From contig JADCGA010000008.1 in the NCBI GenBank assembly GCA_020249265.1, forward strand, positions 57,004 through 121,003: 64,000 bases of DNA, written 5' to 3'. The DNA is from Roseomonas sp. Lineage in GTDB: Bacteria; Pseudomonadota; Alphaproteobacteria; Acetobacterales; Acetobacteraceae. Below the pieces are notes generated by a model, which did not search any database, was not told the origin of the DNA, and saw only the letters and a list, made by a program, of their open reading frames with translations. Below, piece after piece: positions 51,137 to 61,128 of the stretch. The number at the start of each line of letters is the position of its first letter. The stretch's first letter is position 1. Made by a program: the position numbers and the translations under genes.

Positions 51137-52041
51137 GATTCCTTGTTCCCCCCAAGTACCGTGCCGGTCATTTGTTCCAGCATTTTCGCGAGTGCGGTGT
51201 GGTCAACACCCGGGCCAAGTGATGTTGATGCGGCAAGCCACATCTCCCGACACAAGGCTGAGAATGGCGCGGGCGTTGTTGTCTCTCGCCCCACTTCAAG
51301 GGCGATGGACAGATCTTTCACCATCAGATCAAGTCCAAACCCCGCATCAAAGCGGCGGGAAAGCACATATTCCTTGAACTTCTTCTGCGTGGAATTGTTC
51401 ATGCCGGAAGATGCATTCAGCACATCCACCATCGTCGTCGGATCAAGCCCGAAGCGCTGGCCGATCAGCAAGGCTTCAATGCCGATCAGGTACCCGCCGG
51501 CCGAGACCAGATTATTCAGCGCCTTCATCGCCTGCCCGGCGCCGATATCGCCGCAGCGATAGACGGATGTGCCCATCGCCTTCAGCACAGGTTCAGCGCG
51601 ATCAATCTCTGCTGCCGGCCCACCCACCATGATGGCAAGCTGGCCGGATTTGGCGCGCGGCACACCACCCGAAACTGGGCAATCAATCATCGCAACACCA
51701 TGGCCTTCCAGCATCGCCGCGATTTCCCGCGTGCGGCCTGGCTGGCCAGAGGTCATGTCAATCACCAGCATGTCAGGCTTGAGCGATGGCAGCATGGCTT
51801 CCACCGCCTCGGCTACCTGCTTGCTGGTGGGGACAATCATCACCACGCAATCAGCACCCGCGGCGGCTTCTGCTGGCGTTGCAGCAGCTTTCGCCCCGGT
51901 TTCCGAGGCAAAGGATGCGGCGCGCCCGGGCACCACATCGCATACCGTCACGTCAAAGCCGGCCTTCACCAGATTGGCCGCCATGGGCCAACCCATATTG
52001 CCGATACCGGCGAAGGCGATGTGCTTCAGTGCAGCCGACAT
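51133..52041 (-). CDS. NAD(P)-dependent oxidoreductase, 3-hydroxyisobutyrate dehydrogenase family
   Basis: FAGIGNMGWPMA, DCPVSGG, KALNNL, DLMVKDL. Confidence 0.9.
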   Translation of the reverse strand: MSAALKHIAFAGIGNMGWPMAANLVKAGFDVTVCDVVPGRAASFASETGAKAAATPAEAAAGADCVVMIVPTSKQVAEAVEAMLPSLKPDMLVIDMTSGQPGRTREIAAMLEGHGVAMIDCPVSGGVPRAKSGQLAIMVGGPAAEIDRAEPVLKAMGTSVYRCGDIGAGQAMKALNNLVSAGGYLIGIEALLIGQRFGLDPTTMVDVLNASSGMNNSTQKKFKEYVLSRRFDAGFGLDLMVKDLSIALEVGRETTTPAPFSALCREMWLAASTSLGPGVDHTALAKMLEQMTGTVLGGNKES

Positions 52042-52439
52042 CACTTCTTCCCCGGAATCGCGCCTTCGGCGATCAGCACCTCATGCGCGGCCTTGAAGGC
52101 ATCAAGCCCGGCGGGGATGCCGCAATAGGCCGTGGCATGCAGCAGCGTTGCCTTGATTTCATCCACGGTGACGCCGTTATTCAGCGCGCCCTTCACATGC
52201 AGCTTCACTTCCGGGATTTTGCCAAGCGCGGTCAGCATCGCAAGGTTCAACAAGGAACGCGTCTTGCGGTCCAGCGTGGGGTCGCCCCAAGCCCAGCCCC
52301 AGGCCCAGGCGGTGGTGGCGCGCTGGAAGGACATCATGAATTCATCGGCCTTCGCCATGGACGAATCCACATATTCCGGGCCCAGCACCGCACGGCGGAT
52401 GGGCAAACCCTTGTCAAACAGCGCCTGATCGTCGGACAT
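52041..52439 (-). CDS. Carboxymuconolactone decarboxylase family protein
   Basis: GLPIRRAVLG, AWG..W, LDRKTRSLL, YCGIP. Confidence 0.88.
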   Translation of the reverse strand: MSDDQALFDKGLPIRRAVLGPEYVDSSMAKADEFMMSFQRATTAWAWGWAWGDPTLDRKTRSLLNLAMLTALGKIPEVKLHVKGALNNGVTVDEIKATLLHATAYCGIPAGLDAFKAAHEVLIAEGAIPGKK

Positions 52440-52519
52440 TCTTATGCTCCTTGATGAATGTGATGGGGCAGGCTGGCGTGATGACGCCATGCGGTCAACC
52501 GGGGCGGGTTGCGCTGGAA

Positions 52520-53110
52520 CTATTCCGCCTTTTCAGGTTCATACCAAGGCCAACGCTGCTTCACGACAGGGCTATCCGGCGCATAGGCGATGCAGGTGCC
52601 AATCAATGCCGGCCTGACCTTTTTTTCATCCACCGCCTCACCGGCGGCGCGGCGGGCTGCCGCTTGTTCCAGTTCCCGCTGGCGCCGCACGGGGTAGAGC
52701 GTTTGGAAGGCAACCGTGCCCATCTGGCCGATCACTTCGCGCAAATGCGTGCAGCCATGGATGCCGCCGACCCGTTCATTCACCGCGCGCACAAAGCCAG
52801 GCCCGATCTTGAGGCCTGCCAGCCGCGCAAAACTGGGTGCGGCAGCCGGGCAGATATCATAGGGCGTGAAATCTGAGGCGGCTTCGCAGGACAGCACCTC
52901 AAAATCCTCAGTGATGGTCATGCGGATCCACATGCCATGCAAAGCCTCACCTGGTTCGATCCAGCCACGGCCTTCATTGTTGAAGCCGTAGCTTTTGGTA
53001 TCCACGAGATGGGCTTCGATATCGAAAAGCCCGTCCTGGCGCTGATAGCCGCGCAATTGGATGTCGCGCATATGGAGCAGGTTACGCTCGGCGGGTTCAG
53101 AAAGCGGCAT
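52520..53110 (-). CDS. DUF2889 domain protein
   Basis: LLHMRDI..RGYQRQDGLFDIEAHL.D, HGMWIR, PYDIC, GCTHLRE, LIGTC. Confidence 0.82.
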   Translation of the reverse strand: MPLSEPAERNLLHMRDIQLRGYQRQDGLFDIEAHLVDTKSYGFNNEGRGWIEPGEALHGMWIRMTITEDFEVLSCEAASDFTPYDICPAAAPSFARLAGLKIGPGFVRAVNERVGGIHGCTHLREVIGQMGTVAFQTLYPVRRQRELEQAAARRAAGEAVDEKKVRPALIGTCIAYAPDSPVVKQRWPWYEPEKAE

Positions 53111-53175
53111 GGGTCAATGTCCGGTTACGCTGCAATGCAGCACACTTCTGCCATGATGCGCGGATCAGGGCCAGA

Positions 53176-53997
53176 TCAGGCGACGGTTAGGCGAATGGTG
53201 CCGCGCAGCGATTGGCCCATTGCCAGCAGCCGCATGGGTGCCGCGGCGGCAAGTGCCGGGCGGTTGGGCGCATCGGGCATGTGGCTGACGGGTTCTACGC
53301 AGATCACGGGCTGAGCGGGTGGCGCATAGACCTGAACGCCCGCGGCAAAATCTCCGGTCGCGGTAAGCGTGATGATGCCGGCGGGTGTGATGAGGCGCGC
53401 CACGCCATCCCAGCCGGCAAAGAAATTATCGAGCCCGATCAGCCCAGCCTCATCCGCCGCGATGCCAGTGCAGGGCGTTAGGCTTGCAGGCAAACCCCGT
53501 GCAGTATGGTTGGCGCGTTGCGTAGCGTTTAGATGCAGTGATGTGGCCGAGCTGCGGGTGAACCAGGGATGCCAGCCCATGCCATAGGGTGCAGAGGCGG
53601 CGCCTTCATATCGCAAGATCATCTCCATTAGGACGCCATGGACATCAAGCAAAACCGTAAGCCTCGCCGTGTAGTCGAAAGGCGTGAAAGTCAGTCGCTG
53701 TTGCAGAACCACCTGATCCGGTGCAGCGCTTACCACTTCCCAGGGCCGATCACGCGCCAGCCCGTGAATGGCAGTGCCTTCCGCCGCACGATTTATTGGC
53801 ATGGCATGGCCGGCGATGCGCCCGGCATCCAGCCGATTAGCCCAGGGCAGCATCCAGAAGGCGCCATAGCTGCCCGGATGGCGCGCGCCTGCGGGTGTTG
53901 GCACCAGAATATCGCGCCCACGCCATTGCAGACTTGAGAAAGCCGCGCCCTGTTCGGGGCAGATTACCGCCTGCCAATCACCATGATGCAGCTTCAT
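53176..53997 (-). CDS. Aldose 1-epimerase family protein
   Basis: MLPWANR, IHG, GWHPWF, LDN, CVEPVSH. Confidence 0.85.
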   Translation of the reverse strand: MKLHHGDWQAVICPEQGAAFSSLQWRGRDILVPTPAGARHPGSYGAFWMLPWANRLDAGRIAGHAMPINRAAEGTAIHGLARDRPWEVVSAAPDQVVLQQRLTFTPFDYTARLTVLLDVHGVLMEMILRYEGAASAPYGMGWHPWFTRSSATSLHLNATQRANHTARGLPASLTPCTGIAADEAGLIGLDNFFAGWDGVARLITPAGIITLTATGDFAAGVQVYAPPAQPVICVEPVSHMPDAPNRPALAAAAPMRLLAMGQSLRGTIRLTVA

Positions 53998-54833
53998 TCC
54001 GGCGCGAAGTGATCCCGCGGTGATGGCGCGCTGCGGGAGTATTCAATGGCGGTATAGGCGCCTCCTTGATAGCGTTCTGAAACCGGATCGGATGTAATGC
54101 CTTCAAGCTCTGCGCGCCACACTTCGGCATTATCCTGCGGCGCCCAACCGATGCGTGCGCGATGATCCTCTCCCCAATAGCCGGTCGGGTTGTTGGATTG
54201 GCCCCAAATCACCGCATGACCCACCTTTTCCGCGAGCACACAGCATTCGATCAAGCGCGTAAGATCAGGATAGGACAACCAGGTGGACAGCATGCGCCGA
54301 TCGAGCGGCTTTGGCTGACAGGAACCGATACGAAGGTTGATGTTCTCAACCCCATGCTTGTCCCAATACATCCGCCCCATCATTTCCCCATAGACTTTGG
54401 AAATGCCGTAATAGCCATCAGGGCGGAAGGCACAGTCCGCATCCAGCTTCGCATCATTGCCGCGCGGGCGTTCATGAAAGCCGATGGTGTGATTGGAACT
54501 GGCGAAAATCACACGCGCCCCTTCGCGCCGTGCGGCTTCATACACGTGATAAAGCCCGCGCAGATTGGGACCGAGGATTTCCTCAAACGGGCGCTCCACA
54601 CTGACGCCGCCGAAATGCAGAATGGCGCCGCAACCTTCCGCTTGGCGGAGCAGCGCGACACCATCATTCAAATCCGCCTGCACAAAGCGCGCGGATGGCG
54701 GCAACACATCCGGAAAGGGTGCGATATCCGTCAGGCGCAACGCCCAGCCAAGCGCGCCAAGGCTTTGCGTGAGGTGTCGCCCCAGCGCGCCCGAAGCGCC
54801 GGTCAGCAATACAGGTTTTGATGGTGCATTCAT
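53994..54833 (-). CDS. udh: Uronate dehydrogenase-like NAD-dependent oxidoreductase
   Basis: TGASGALG, HFGGVSVERPF, FASSNHTIGF, RPDGYYGISK, RIGSC, RMLSTWLS. Confidence 0.8.
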   Translation of the reverse strand: MNAPSKPVLLTGASGALGRHLTQSLGALGWALRLTDIAPFPDVLPPSARFVQADLNDGVALLRQAEGCGAILHFGGVSVERPFEEILGPNLRGLYHVYEAARREGARVIFASSNHTIGFHERPRGNDAKLDADCAFRPDGYYGISKVYGEMMGRMYWDKHGVENINLRIGSCQPKPLDRRMLSTWLSYPDLTRLIECCVLAEKVGHAVIWGQSNNPTGYWGEDHRARIGWAPQDNAEVWRAELEGITSDPVSERYQGGAYTAIEYSRSAPSPRDHFAPE

Positions 54834-54837
54834 GGCC

Positions 54838-56136
54838 TTAGCCTCCATAACCTAGCAACAGGCGCGGCAGCGTCAGCGACATGGCCGGCCAATAGGTGGT
54901 GAGAATAAGCGCGAGCAAAATCGCGCCGTAAAATGGCCAGATGGTGCGCATGACCTGTTCCATGGGTATTCGGCCTATCGCACAACCGACAAACAGCACC
55001 GCACCGACTGGTGGTGTGGTCAGCCCCAGGCCGAGATTCATCATCATGACCATGCCGAATTGCACCGGATCAACGCCGATGGCGGTGACCACGGGCAGGA
55101 AGATTGGCGTGGTGATCAGGATCAGCGCCGCCATATCCATCACGCAGCCCAGCAACAGCAAACAGACATTGATCATCAACAGGATAACGATGGGATTGGC
55201 GCTGATGGCGAGCATGCCATCCGTCAGCAACTCCGGTAGGCGATACATGGCCAGCAGCCAGGCGAAGGCGGTTGCCGTGCCAACCAGCAGAAAAACGACC
55301 GAGGTGGTGCGCACACTGGCCTTCACCGCAATCAGGAAATCCGGCCAGGAAAGATTGCGATACACCAGCAGTGTGACCACCAACGCCCAAATCGCGCCGA
55401 AGGCCGCGCTTTCCGTCACGGTGAAAACGCCCGATAGCACGCCACCCAGAATGATCACTGCCGTCAGCAGCCCGGGCAGTGCATCAATGAAGGTCCAGAA
55501 CAAATGCCGGAACCCGGCCCAGCCTTCAGATGGATAACCGCGCCGCACCGCCATGACATAGGCCGCGATGCCCAGGAAAAGGCACATGACAATGCCGGGC
55601 ACAATGCCCGCGATGAACAGCGCGCTCACGGAAATGCCGCCACCTGCGGCCAGCGAATAGAGAATCATGTTGTGGCTGGGCGGAATCAATATGCCCGCAA
55701 TGCTACTGGTGACGGTGAGTGACACCGCATAATCCACGCCATACCCCTTGGCCTTCATTGCCGGGATCAGAATGGTGCCAGTGGCCGAAGTATCCGCCAC
55801 CGCTGACCCGGAAATCCCGCCAAACAGCATGGAGGTTGAAACATCCACCATCCCCAAGCCACCGCGCATCCAGCCCACACAGGATGACGCCAGCGCAATC
55901 AAGCGGCGTGCGATGCCGCCATGGAGCATGATCTCACCCGCAAAAATAAAGAAGGGAATGGCAAGCAGGGAGAAGATGCTCATGCCACTCGCCATTTGCT
56001 GGAAGACAACGGCAGGGTTCAGCCCTTCATAAATGAAGCCGGCCAAGGCGGCGATGCCAAGGCAGAAGGCCACGGGCACGCCAGTCATGACGCCCAATGC
56101 AAATACCGCAAAGATCAGAAAAAGCCCGGGTTCCAT
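54838..56136 (-). CDS. dctM: TRAP transporter large permease
   Basis: LLAIPFFIFAG, FGGISGSAVAD, IPPS, TPPVG. Confidence 0.95.
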   Translation of the reverse strand: MEPGLFLIFAVFALGVMTGVPVAFCLGIAALAGFIYEGLNPAVVFQQMASGMSIFSLLAIPFFIFAGEIMLHGGIARRLIALASSCVGWMRGGLGMVDVSTSMLFGGISGSAVADTSATGTILIPAMKAKGYGVDYAVSLTVTSSIAGILIPPSHNMILYSLAAGGGISVSALFIAGIVPGIVMCLFLGIAAYVMAVRRGYPSEGWAGFRHLFWTFIDALPGLLTAVIILGGVLSGVFTVTESAAFGAIWALVVTLLVYRNLSWPDFLIAVKASVRTTSVVFLLVGTATAFAWLLAMYRLPELLTDGMLAISANPIVILLMINVCLLLLGCVMDMAALILITTPIFLPVVTAIGVDPVQFGMVMMMNLGLGLTTPPVGAVLFVGCAIGRIPMEQVMRTIWPFYGAILLALILTTYWPAMSLTLPRLLLGYGG

Positions 56137-56141
56137 TGCCG

Positions 56142-56702
56142 CTACTCCAGGAAGGCTGCGGCAGGGCCGCGTTTTTCCGGCGCCTCTGGCACGAAGATAT
56201 CGCGCAGCACCTGTTCAACCGCGAATAGGGCAATCAAGACCCCGCCCACCACCATGGGCACATAGGTCCAACCCTGGCTGATACCGAGCAGAGGGATGCG
56301 GAAATTCATCACCATTTCCACCAATTCCCAAGACCAGATCGCCATACCCACACCAAACAGGCCAACGATCGCATCACAGCCAAGGGCAATCCAACGTTGC
56401 GCGTTGGGCGGGAGCGATTCACGCAGCCCCAGCACAGAAAGATGAAAGCGTTCCCGGATACCCACCGCCGCCACCGGCATGGAAATCGCCAAAATCGCCA
56501 AAGTCGCGCCGCGTTCGATCCAGGTTGGCGTGTCATTCAGCACGTACCGGCCAAAGACCAGCCAACCCATCATCGCAATCAACACAACAAGCGCCAAGCC
56601 AGCTATGCCGATGGTCAGCCCCGCCAGCAGATCAAGCGCGCGCGAAAAAGCCCGCAGCGGCGCGGGCAATGCCCTGCGCCCTGCGTCATTGCCCAGCGTC
56701 AC
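56142..56702 (-). CDS. dctQ: TRAP transporter small permease
   Basis: Four TM segments, RYVLNDTPTW.E, H motif. Confidence 0.9.
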   Translation of the reverse strand: MTLGNDAGRRALPAPLRAFSRALDLLAGLTIGIAGLALVVLIAMMGWLVFGRYVLNDTPTWIERGATLAILAISMPVAAVGIRERFHLSVLGLRESLPPNAQRWIALGCDAIVGLFGVGMAIWSWELVEMVMNFRIPLLGISQGWTYVPMVVGGVLIALFAVEQVLRDIFVPEAPEKRGPAAAFLE

Positions 56703-57700
56703 CGGGTTTCCCGAATACGCTTCAGCAAATCCGCCATGCGCGGAGTTGACGCGTATTTGGCATAAACCGGTTCCATCAATACCTGCCAGGGACCACGATC
56801 AGCCACTTCAATCACCGTTGCACCCCCAGCCACCACGCGATCACGCGATGATTTTTCGCGTTCCGCCCAAAGCTGGCGTTGGAATACCGCGCTTTCACGC
56901 GCCGCATCGCGCAGGATGGCACGCTCCGCTTCATTCAGCCGCTGCCAGCGCTGCCGGCTGATGGCCAGGATTTCCGGTACATTTGAATGTTCCGTGGTGG
57001 TGTAGAACTTCGCCACTTCGAAATGCCGCGTGCTCTCATAGGATGGCCAATTGTTTTCCGCGCCATCAATCACGCCGGATTGCAGGCTGGTAAAGACCTC
57101 GCCAAAGGGCAGCGGCGTTGGGTTGGCACCCATGGCGCGCATGATGTCAATCCAAAGGTCTGAGGTCTGCACACGGATTTTCATGCCACGCACATCAGCG
57201 GGTGTCCGCACCGGGCGGGTTGTGTAGAGGCTCCGCGCACCGGCATCATACCAGGCAAGGGTGACGATACCGATCGCTTCCAGATCGCGCGCAATATCCT
57301 CCCCAATCGCGCCGTCCACCACGCGGTGGCTATGGCCAACATCACGGAACAGGAAGGGGAGTGTCAGGATCGCGGTGGAAGGCGCCAGATTATTCAAAGG
57401 CGACAGATTGAAATTGGCAAAATCAATCGTGCCAAGGCGCATCTGCTGAATGGCTTCATCCTGCTGGCCAAGCTGCGCGGAATGGAAGCTACGCATGCGG
57501 ATGCGGTTATTGGTGCGCTGGCCTACCAGCTCCGCAAAACGGTCCATGCCGCGGCCATTCGGGTAATCTGCGGCGTGGATATTCCAGCCGCGCCATTCCT
57601 GCGCCGATGCCTGGCCAGGCGCGAAGGCCATCAGCGAAAGCGCGGCAGCCGCCACGGCGCCAAGCAAGCCACGGCGACGGGGTGTTGAGAGCAAGGACAT
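56699..57700 (-). CDS. dctP: TRAP transporter substrate-binding protein (sugar acid type)
   Basis: Tat-like signal; YP, LPFLFRD, GMKIRV, PLPFGEVFTSLQSGVIDGAENN. Confidence 0.95.
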   Translation of the reverse strand: MSLLSTPRRRGLLGAVAAAALSLMAFAPGQASAQEWRGWNIHAADYPNGRGMDRFAELVGQRTNNRIRMRSFHSAQLGQQDEAIQQMRLGTIDFANFNLSPLNNLAPSTAILTLPFLFRDVGHSHRVVDGAIGEDIARDLEAIGIVTLAWYDAGARSLYTTRPVRTPADVRGMKIRVQTSDLWIDIMRAMGANPTPLPFGEVFTSLQSGVIDGAENNWPSYESTRHFEVAKFYTTTEHSNVPEILAISRQRWQRLNEAERAILRDAARESAVFQRQLWAEREKSSRDRVVAGGATVIEVADRGPWQVLMEPVYAKYASTPRMADLLKRIRETR

Positions 57701-57750
57701 GATGTTTCCTCCTGCCGGGCGGTCTGGCCGCCCTGTTCTTCGGTTTGAAT

Positions 57751-57764
57751 GGTCAATCCTGACC
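57751..57764. promoter_or_regulatory. Candidate operator palindrome
   Basis: GGTCA-ATCC-TGACC, 50 bp upstream of dctP in the divergent intergenic region. Confidence 0.4.
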
Positions 57765-57878
57765 GGATGGGCGCGCGCCCGTCAATGCAAAAGGGCTCCA
57801 ACTGGGTAGGGATTGGCCTTGGCAGCGCTTCCGGCCATGATTTCCGCCGCAACCCTTCTCAACACCGGATACCGCCCC

Positions 57879-59228
57879 ATGCCCAGAACCGTGATTGAAG
57901 CCGCCGCCGCGCTTGCCGCCGGCCGCACCAGCGCCGCCGCTTTGGTCGAAGCAGCCTTGGCGCGCATCGCCGATCCCGCTGGTGAGGGTGCCCGCGCCTT
58001 CATGGTGGTGCATGGGGAGGCAGCCCGCGCGACAGCAAATGCCATGGATGCTTTGCGCAAGGCGGGCCGCGCGCCAAGCCCCCATGCCGGCATTCCAATC
58101 AGCGTCAAGGATTTGTATGACGAAGCGGGCATCACATCGCGTTCTGGTTCGGTGGTGCTGAAGGGCAGTGCGCCCGCGGCGGTGGATGCGCCAACGGTGC
58201 AACGCCTGCGCCGCGCGGGGTTTGTCGTCCTTGGCCGCACCAATATGGTGGAATTCGCCTTTTCCGGCCTTGGCGTGAACCCGCATTACGGTACACCGAA
58301 AAGCCCCTGGGATCGTGCGACGGGCCGCCTGCCGGGGGGTTCTTCCTCAGGCGCGGGTGTGGCGGTGGCGGATGGCATGGGCTTTGTTGGGCTTGGCACG
58401 GATACGGGTGGTTCCTGCCGCATCCCTGCGGCGCTTTGCGGTGTTGTCGGGTGGAAACCCACCGCGCGGCGTGTGCCGATTACGGGCATTTTGCCGCTAT
58501 CGCCTTCGCTTGATTCTGCCGGGCCTTTAGCGCGCACAGTTGCGGATTGTGCGCTGATTGATGGCTTCATGGCAGGCGAAGAAGCGCCCACACCCCCTGC
58601 CCCGCCGCCGATGCAAAGCCTGACCTTCGGCTTGCCGCGCGGCACCTATCTGACCGATGGCATGGACGGCCATGTCGCCGCCGCTTTCGAAAAAGCGCTG
58701 CGCAAGCTTGCACTTGCTGGCGCACGCATCATTGAATTTGATCTGCCGGAGCTTACCGAAATTCCGCAAGTGACCGCGGCTGGCGGCTTCCCGGCGAGTG
58801 AGGCTTTGGCCTGGCATCGCCGCCTCATCGCGGAAAAGGCCGATGGCTATGACCCGCGCATCCTGAAGCGCATCCGCCGTGGGGAAGGCATGTCAGCCGC
58901 CGATTACGTGGATTTGGTCAATGCGCGCGCACGCATCATCGCGAGTGTCGCGCCGCGCACCGCGCCGTTTGATGCGCTGATCTGCCCAACCTGCCCGCTT
59001 ATCCCGCCAGCCATCGCGGAGGTGGAGGATGAGAAGGAGTATAACCGCATCAATATGCTGCTACTGCGCAATACGAGTGTCGGAAATTTCCTTGATCGCT
59101 GCTCGATCAGCCTGCCCTGCCATGCGGCGGGCGAGGCACCGGTCGGGCTGATGCTGACCGGCGCGCATGGCGCCGATCAGCATCTCTTCGCGGTATCGGC
59201 GGCGGTTGAGGCGGTGCTGGCGGCGTGA
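57879..59228 (+). CDS. Amidase signature family enzyme
   Basis: SVKDLYD, GRTNMVEFA, PGGSSSG, GTDTGGSCRIPA. Confidence 0.93.
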   Translation: MPRTVIEAAAALAAGRTSAAALVEAALARIADPAGEGARAFMVVHGEAARATANAMDALRKAGRAPSPHAGIPISVKDLYDEAGITSRSGSVVLKGSAPAAVDAPTVQRLRRAGFVVLGRTNMVEFAFSGLGVNPHYGTPKSPWDRATGRLPGGSSSGAGVAVADGMGFVGLGTDTGGSCRIPAALCGVVGWKPTARRVPITGILPLSPSLDSAGPLARTVADCALIDGFMAGEEAPTPPAPPPMQSLTFGLPRGTYLTDGMDGHVAAAFEKALRKLALAGARIIEFDLPELTEIPQVTAAGGFPASEALAWHRRLIAEKADGYDPRILKRIRRGEGMSAADYVDLVNARARIIASVAPRTAPFDALICPTCPLIPPAIAEVEDEKEYNRINMLLLRNTSVGNFLDRCSISLPCHAAGEAPVGLMLTGAHGADQHLFAVSAAVEAVLAA

Positions 59229-59237
59229 GGGCGCGCG

Positions 59238-60140
59238 TTAGCCCTTTTTCTCATCCCCCGGCAAATCAATCCCCGTGATGGCCTGCCAGACACGGATGAC
59301 AAAACCATCATCCGCGCCACCCTGGCCCATGGCGCGTGCAGCGGTGAAAAGCTGCTGCGCCTGCGCGGCCAAGGGCACCGGGAAATTCAGGCCACGCGCC
59401 ATGTCATTCACCAGGCCGAGGTCTTTGACGAAAATATCAACCGCGCTGCGCGGCGCGTCATCGCCGGTCAGCACGCGCGCCATGCGGTTTTCGAACATCC
59501 AGGAATTGCCCGCCGCACTCGTCACCACATCATAAAGCGCTTGCGGATCAGCGCCGGCGCGAATGCCAAGCGCCATCGCCTCTGCTGCCGCAGCGATATG
59601 CACACCGGCCAGCAATTGATGCACAACCTTGACCGTGGCGCCGATGCCGATCTCGTGACCCAGGCGCCAGACTTTGGTGGCGATGGCGTCCAGCACCGGC
59701 GCGGCTTTGGCGAAGGCTGATTCACTGCCTGCACCCATCACGGTCATTTCACCCGCGCGTGCCTTGACCGCGCCGCCCGATACCGGTGCATCCAGATAAA
59801 GCAAGCCTGCAGCCTCCGCTTTGGTGGCCAAAGCGCGCGCCGCATCTGGCGCCATGGTGGCGGAGGAGATAATCACACCGCCTTTCGCCATGCGCGGTCC
59901 AGCGCCATCCGGCCCGAAAACAGCAGTTTCGGTTTGCGCGGCATTCACCACCAGCACCACGAGCGCATCCATCCCTGCCGGCAAATCACTCGCTTTCGCC
60001 ACCGCTGCGCCGCCGGCAGCGACGAATTCATCGCGCGCCGCCGCGCGCGGATCGCAGCCTGTCACGTTCAGCCCTGTACGCAATGCGCTAAGCGCGGCAC
60101 CCATGCCCATGCTGCCTAAACCAATTACCCCAACGCGCAT
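59238..60140 (-). CDS. ltnD: L-threonate dehydrogenase-like oxidoreductase
   Basis: GLGSMGMGAA, VVNAAQTE, QLLAGVHIAAAAEAM, GNSWMFENR, SAVDIFVKDLG. Confidence 0.75.
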   Translation of the reverse strand: MRVGVIGLGSMGMGAALSALRTGLNVTGCDPRAAARDEFVAAGGAAVAKASDLPAGMDALVVLVVNAAQTETAVFGPDGAGPRMAKGGVIISSATMAPDAARALATKAEAAGLLYLDAPVSGGAVKARAGEMTVMGAGSESAFAKAAPVLDAIATKVWRLGHEIGIGATVKVVHQLLAGVHIAAAAEAMALGIRAGADPQALYDVVTSAAGNSWMFENRMARVLTGDDAPRSAVDIFVKDLGLVNDMARGLNFPVPLAAQAQQLFTAARAMGQGGADDGFVIRVWQAITGIDLPGDEKKG

Positions 60141-60167
60141 GACGTTATTCCTTTCAAAAAACCCTTT

Positions 60168-60254
60168 TCAAAAAATAGCGCGCAATATTTGCACCAGCGC
60201 TGTGATGACCAGTAGCACCAAGACAATCCGCTGCAATTTGTCCATGGAAGGCAT
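60168..60254 (-). CDS. Putative 28-aa single-TM small protein
   Basis: MPSMDKLQRIVLVLLVITALVQILRAIF fills the gap between the VOC gene and ltnD; ATG 7 nt after the VOC stop. Confidence 0.45.
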   Translation of the reverse strand: MPSMDKLQRIVLVLLVITALVQILRAIF

Positions 60255-60261
60255 GGGCGCA

Positions 60262-61116
60262 TCACCCCGCGCGGAAGGCCAGCACGACGCCATGCGCTGC
60301 CGCTGGCGCCACGGCAATGCCGCCGCCGGAAATGGCGGTGAAGGGGAGGCCGGCCTTGACCAGGCAGGCTTGCGCTGCCGCCAGATCAGCCACCGTGATG
60401 CCAAGCGTCACCGGCCCGGCATCGGGCAGACCAGCCAGATCAAGTTCGCCATAGCGCGCGGCAAGTGCGGCGCGGTTCAGCACAATGATCGGCGCAGCGC
60501 TGGTCGCCACGCGCAGCACGCCATCACCCAAGGCTTCCGTCTTGCTATCCAGCAATGTGGCGATGGAAGCAGCAACCGCAGCGGGATCAGCGGCCAAAAC
60601 CTCAATCCCCGTCAAGCCTTTTGCTGTATTCGCATGCGTCATGCTGCCCGGCACCCAAGTGGCACCCGGCGTCAAATGCTGGCAGGCGAAAATCCGCAAA
60701 CCCGGCGCCACTGGATCAACCAGATGGAATGTATTGAAGCGCGTTTCCGTGCGCGAGCCATCCGGCATATCCACCGGCCGGCCAAAGCGCATCACAGGCA
60801 TGGTTGGGATGCCGCGCGCCGCGACCTCGGCGGCGCCTTTTTCGGCATCATGCGCGCGCATGGCAATCGCGGTCATGCCTTCGCGTACCTCCAACACCGC
60901 GCGCCATTTCGCATTGGCTTCGGTCGGCGTCAGCACGCCCAGAATTTCGAAGTAATCCTTCTCCAGCATCACGCAATTATTGCCGGTGCCCATATGGGCG
61001 GAATGCACGCCGCGCGGCGCCACGGTGAAGCCAGCGCGGGCAAAAGTTTCAGCCGCCTTGTCCAAATCCCTGACCAGCACAACGCAATGGTCAATGCCAC
61101 CCACATGTTGCAGCAT
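60262..61116 (-). CDS. VOC/glyoxalase-like domain protein
   Basis: IDHCVVLVRDL, GF...GVH...GTGN, YFEILG, HANTA. Confidence 0.88.
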   Translation of the reverse strand: MLQHVGGIDHCVVLVRDLDKAAETFARAGFTVAPRGVHSAHMGTGNNCVMLEKDYFEILGVLTPTEANAKWRAVLEVREGMTAIAMRAHDAEKGAAEVAARGIPTMPVMRFGRPVDMPDGSRTETRFNTFHLVDPVAPGLRIFACQHLTPGATWVPGSMTHANTAKGLTGIEVLAADPAAVAASIATLLDSKTEALGDGVLRVATSAAPIIVLNRAALAARYGELDLAGLPDAGPVTLGITVADLAAAQACLVKAGLPFTAISGGGIAVAPAAAHGVVLAFRAG

Positions 61117-61128
61117 GAAGCGCTCTCC

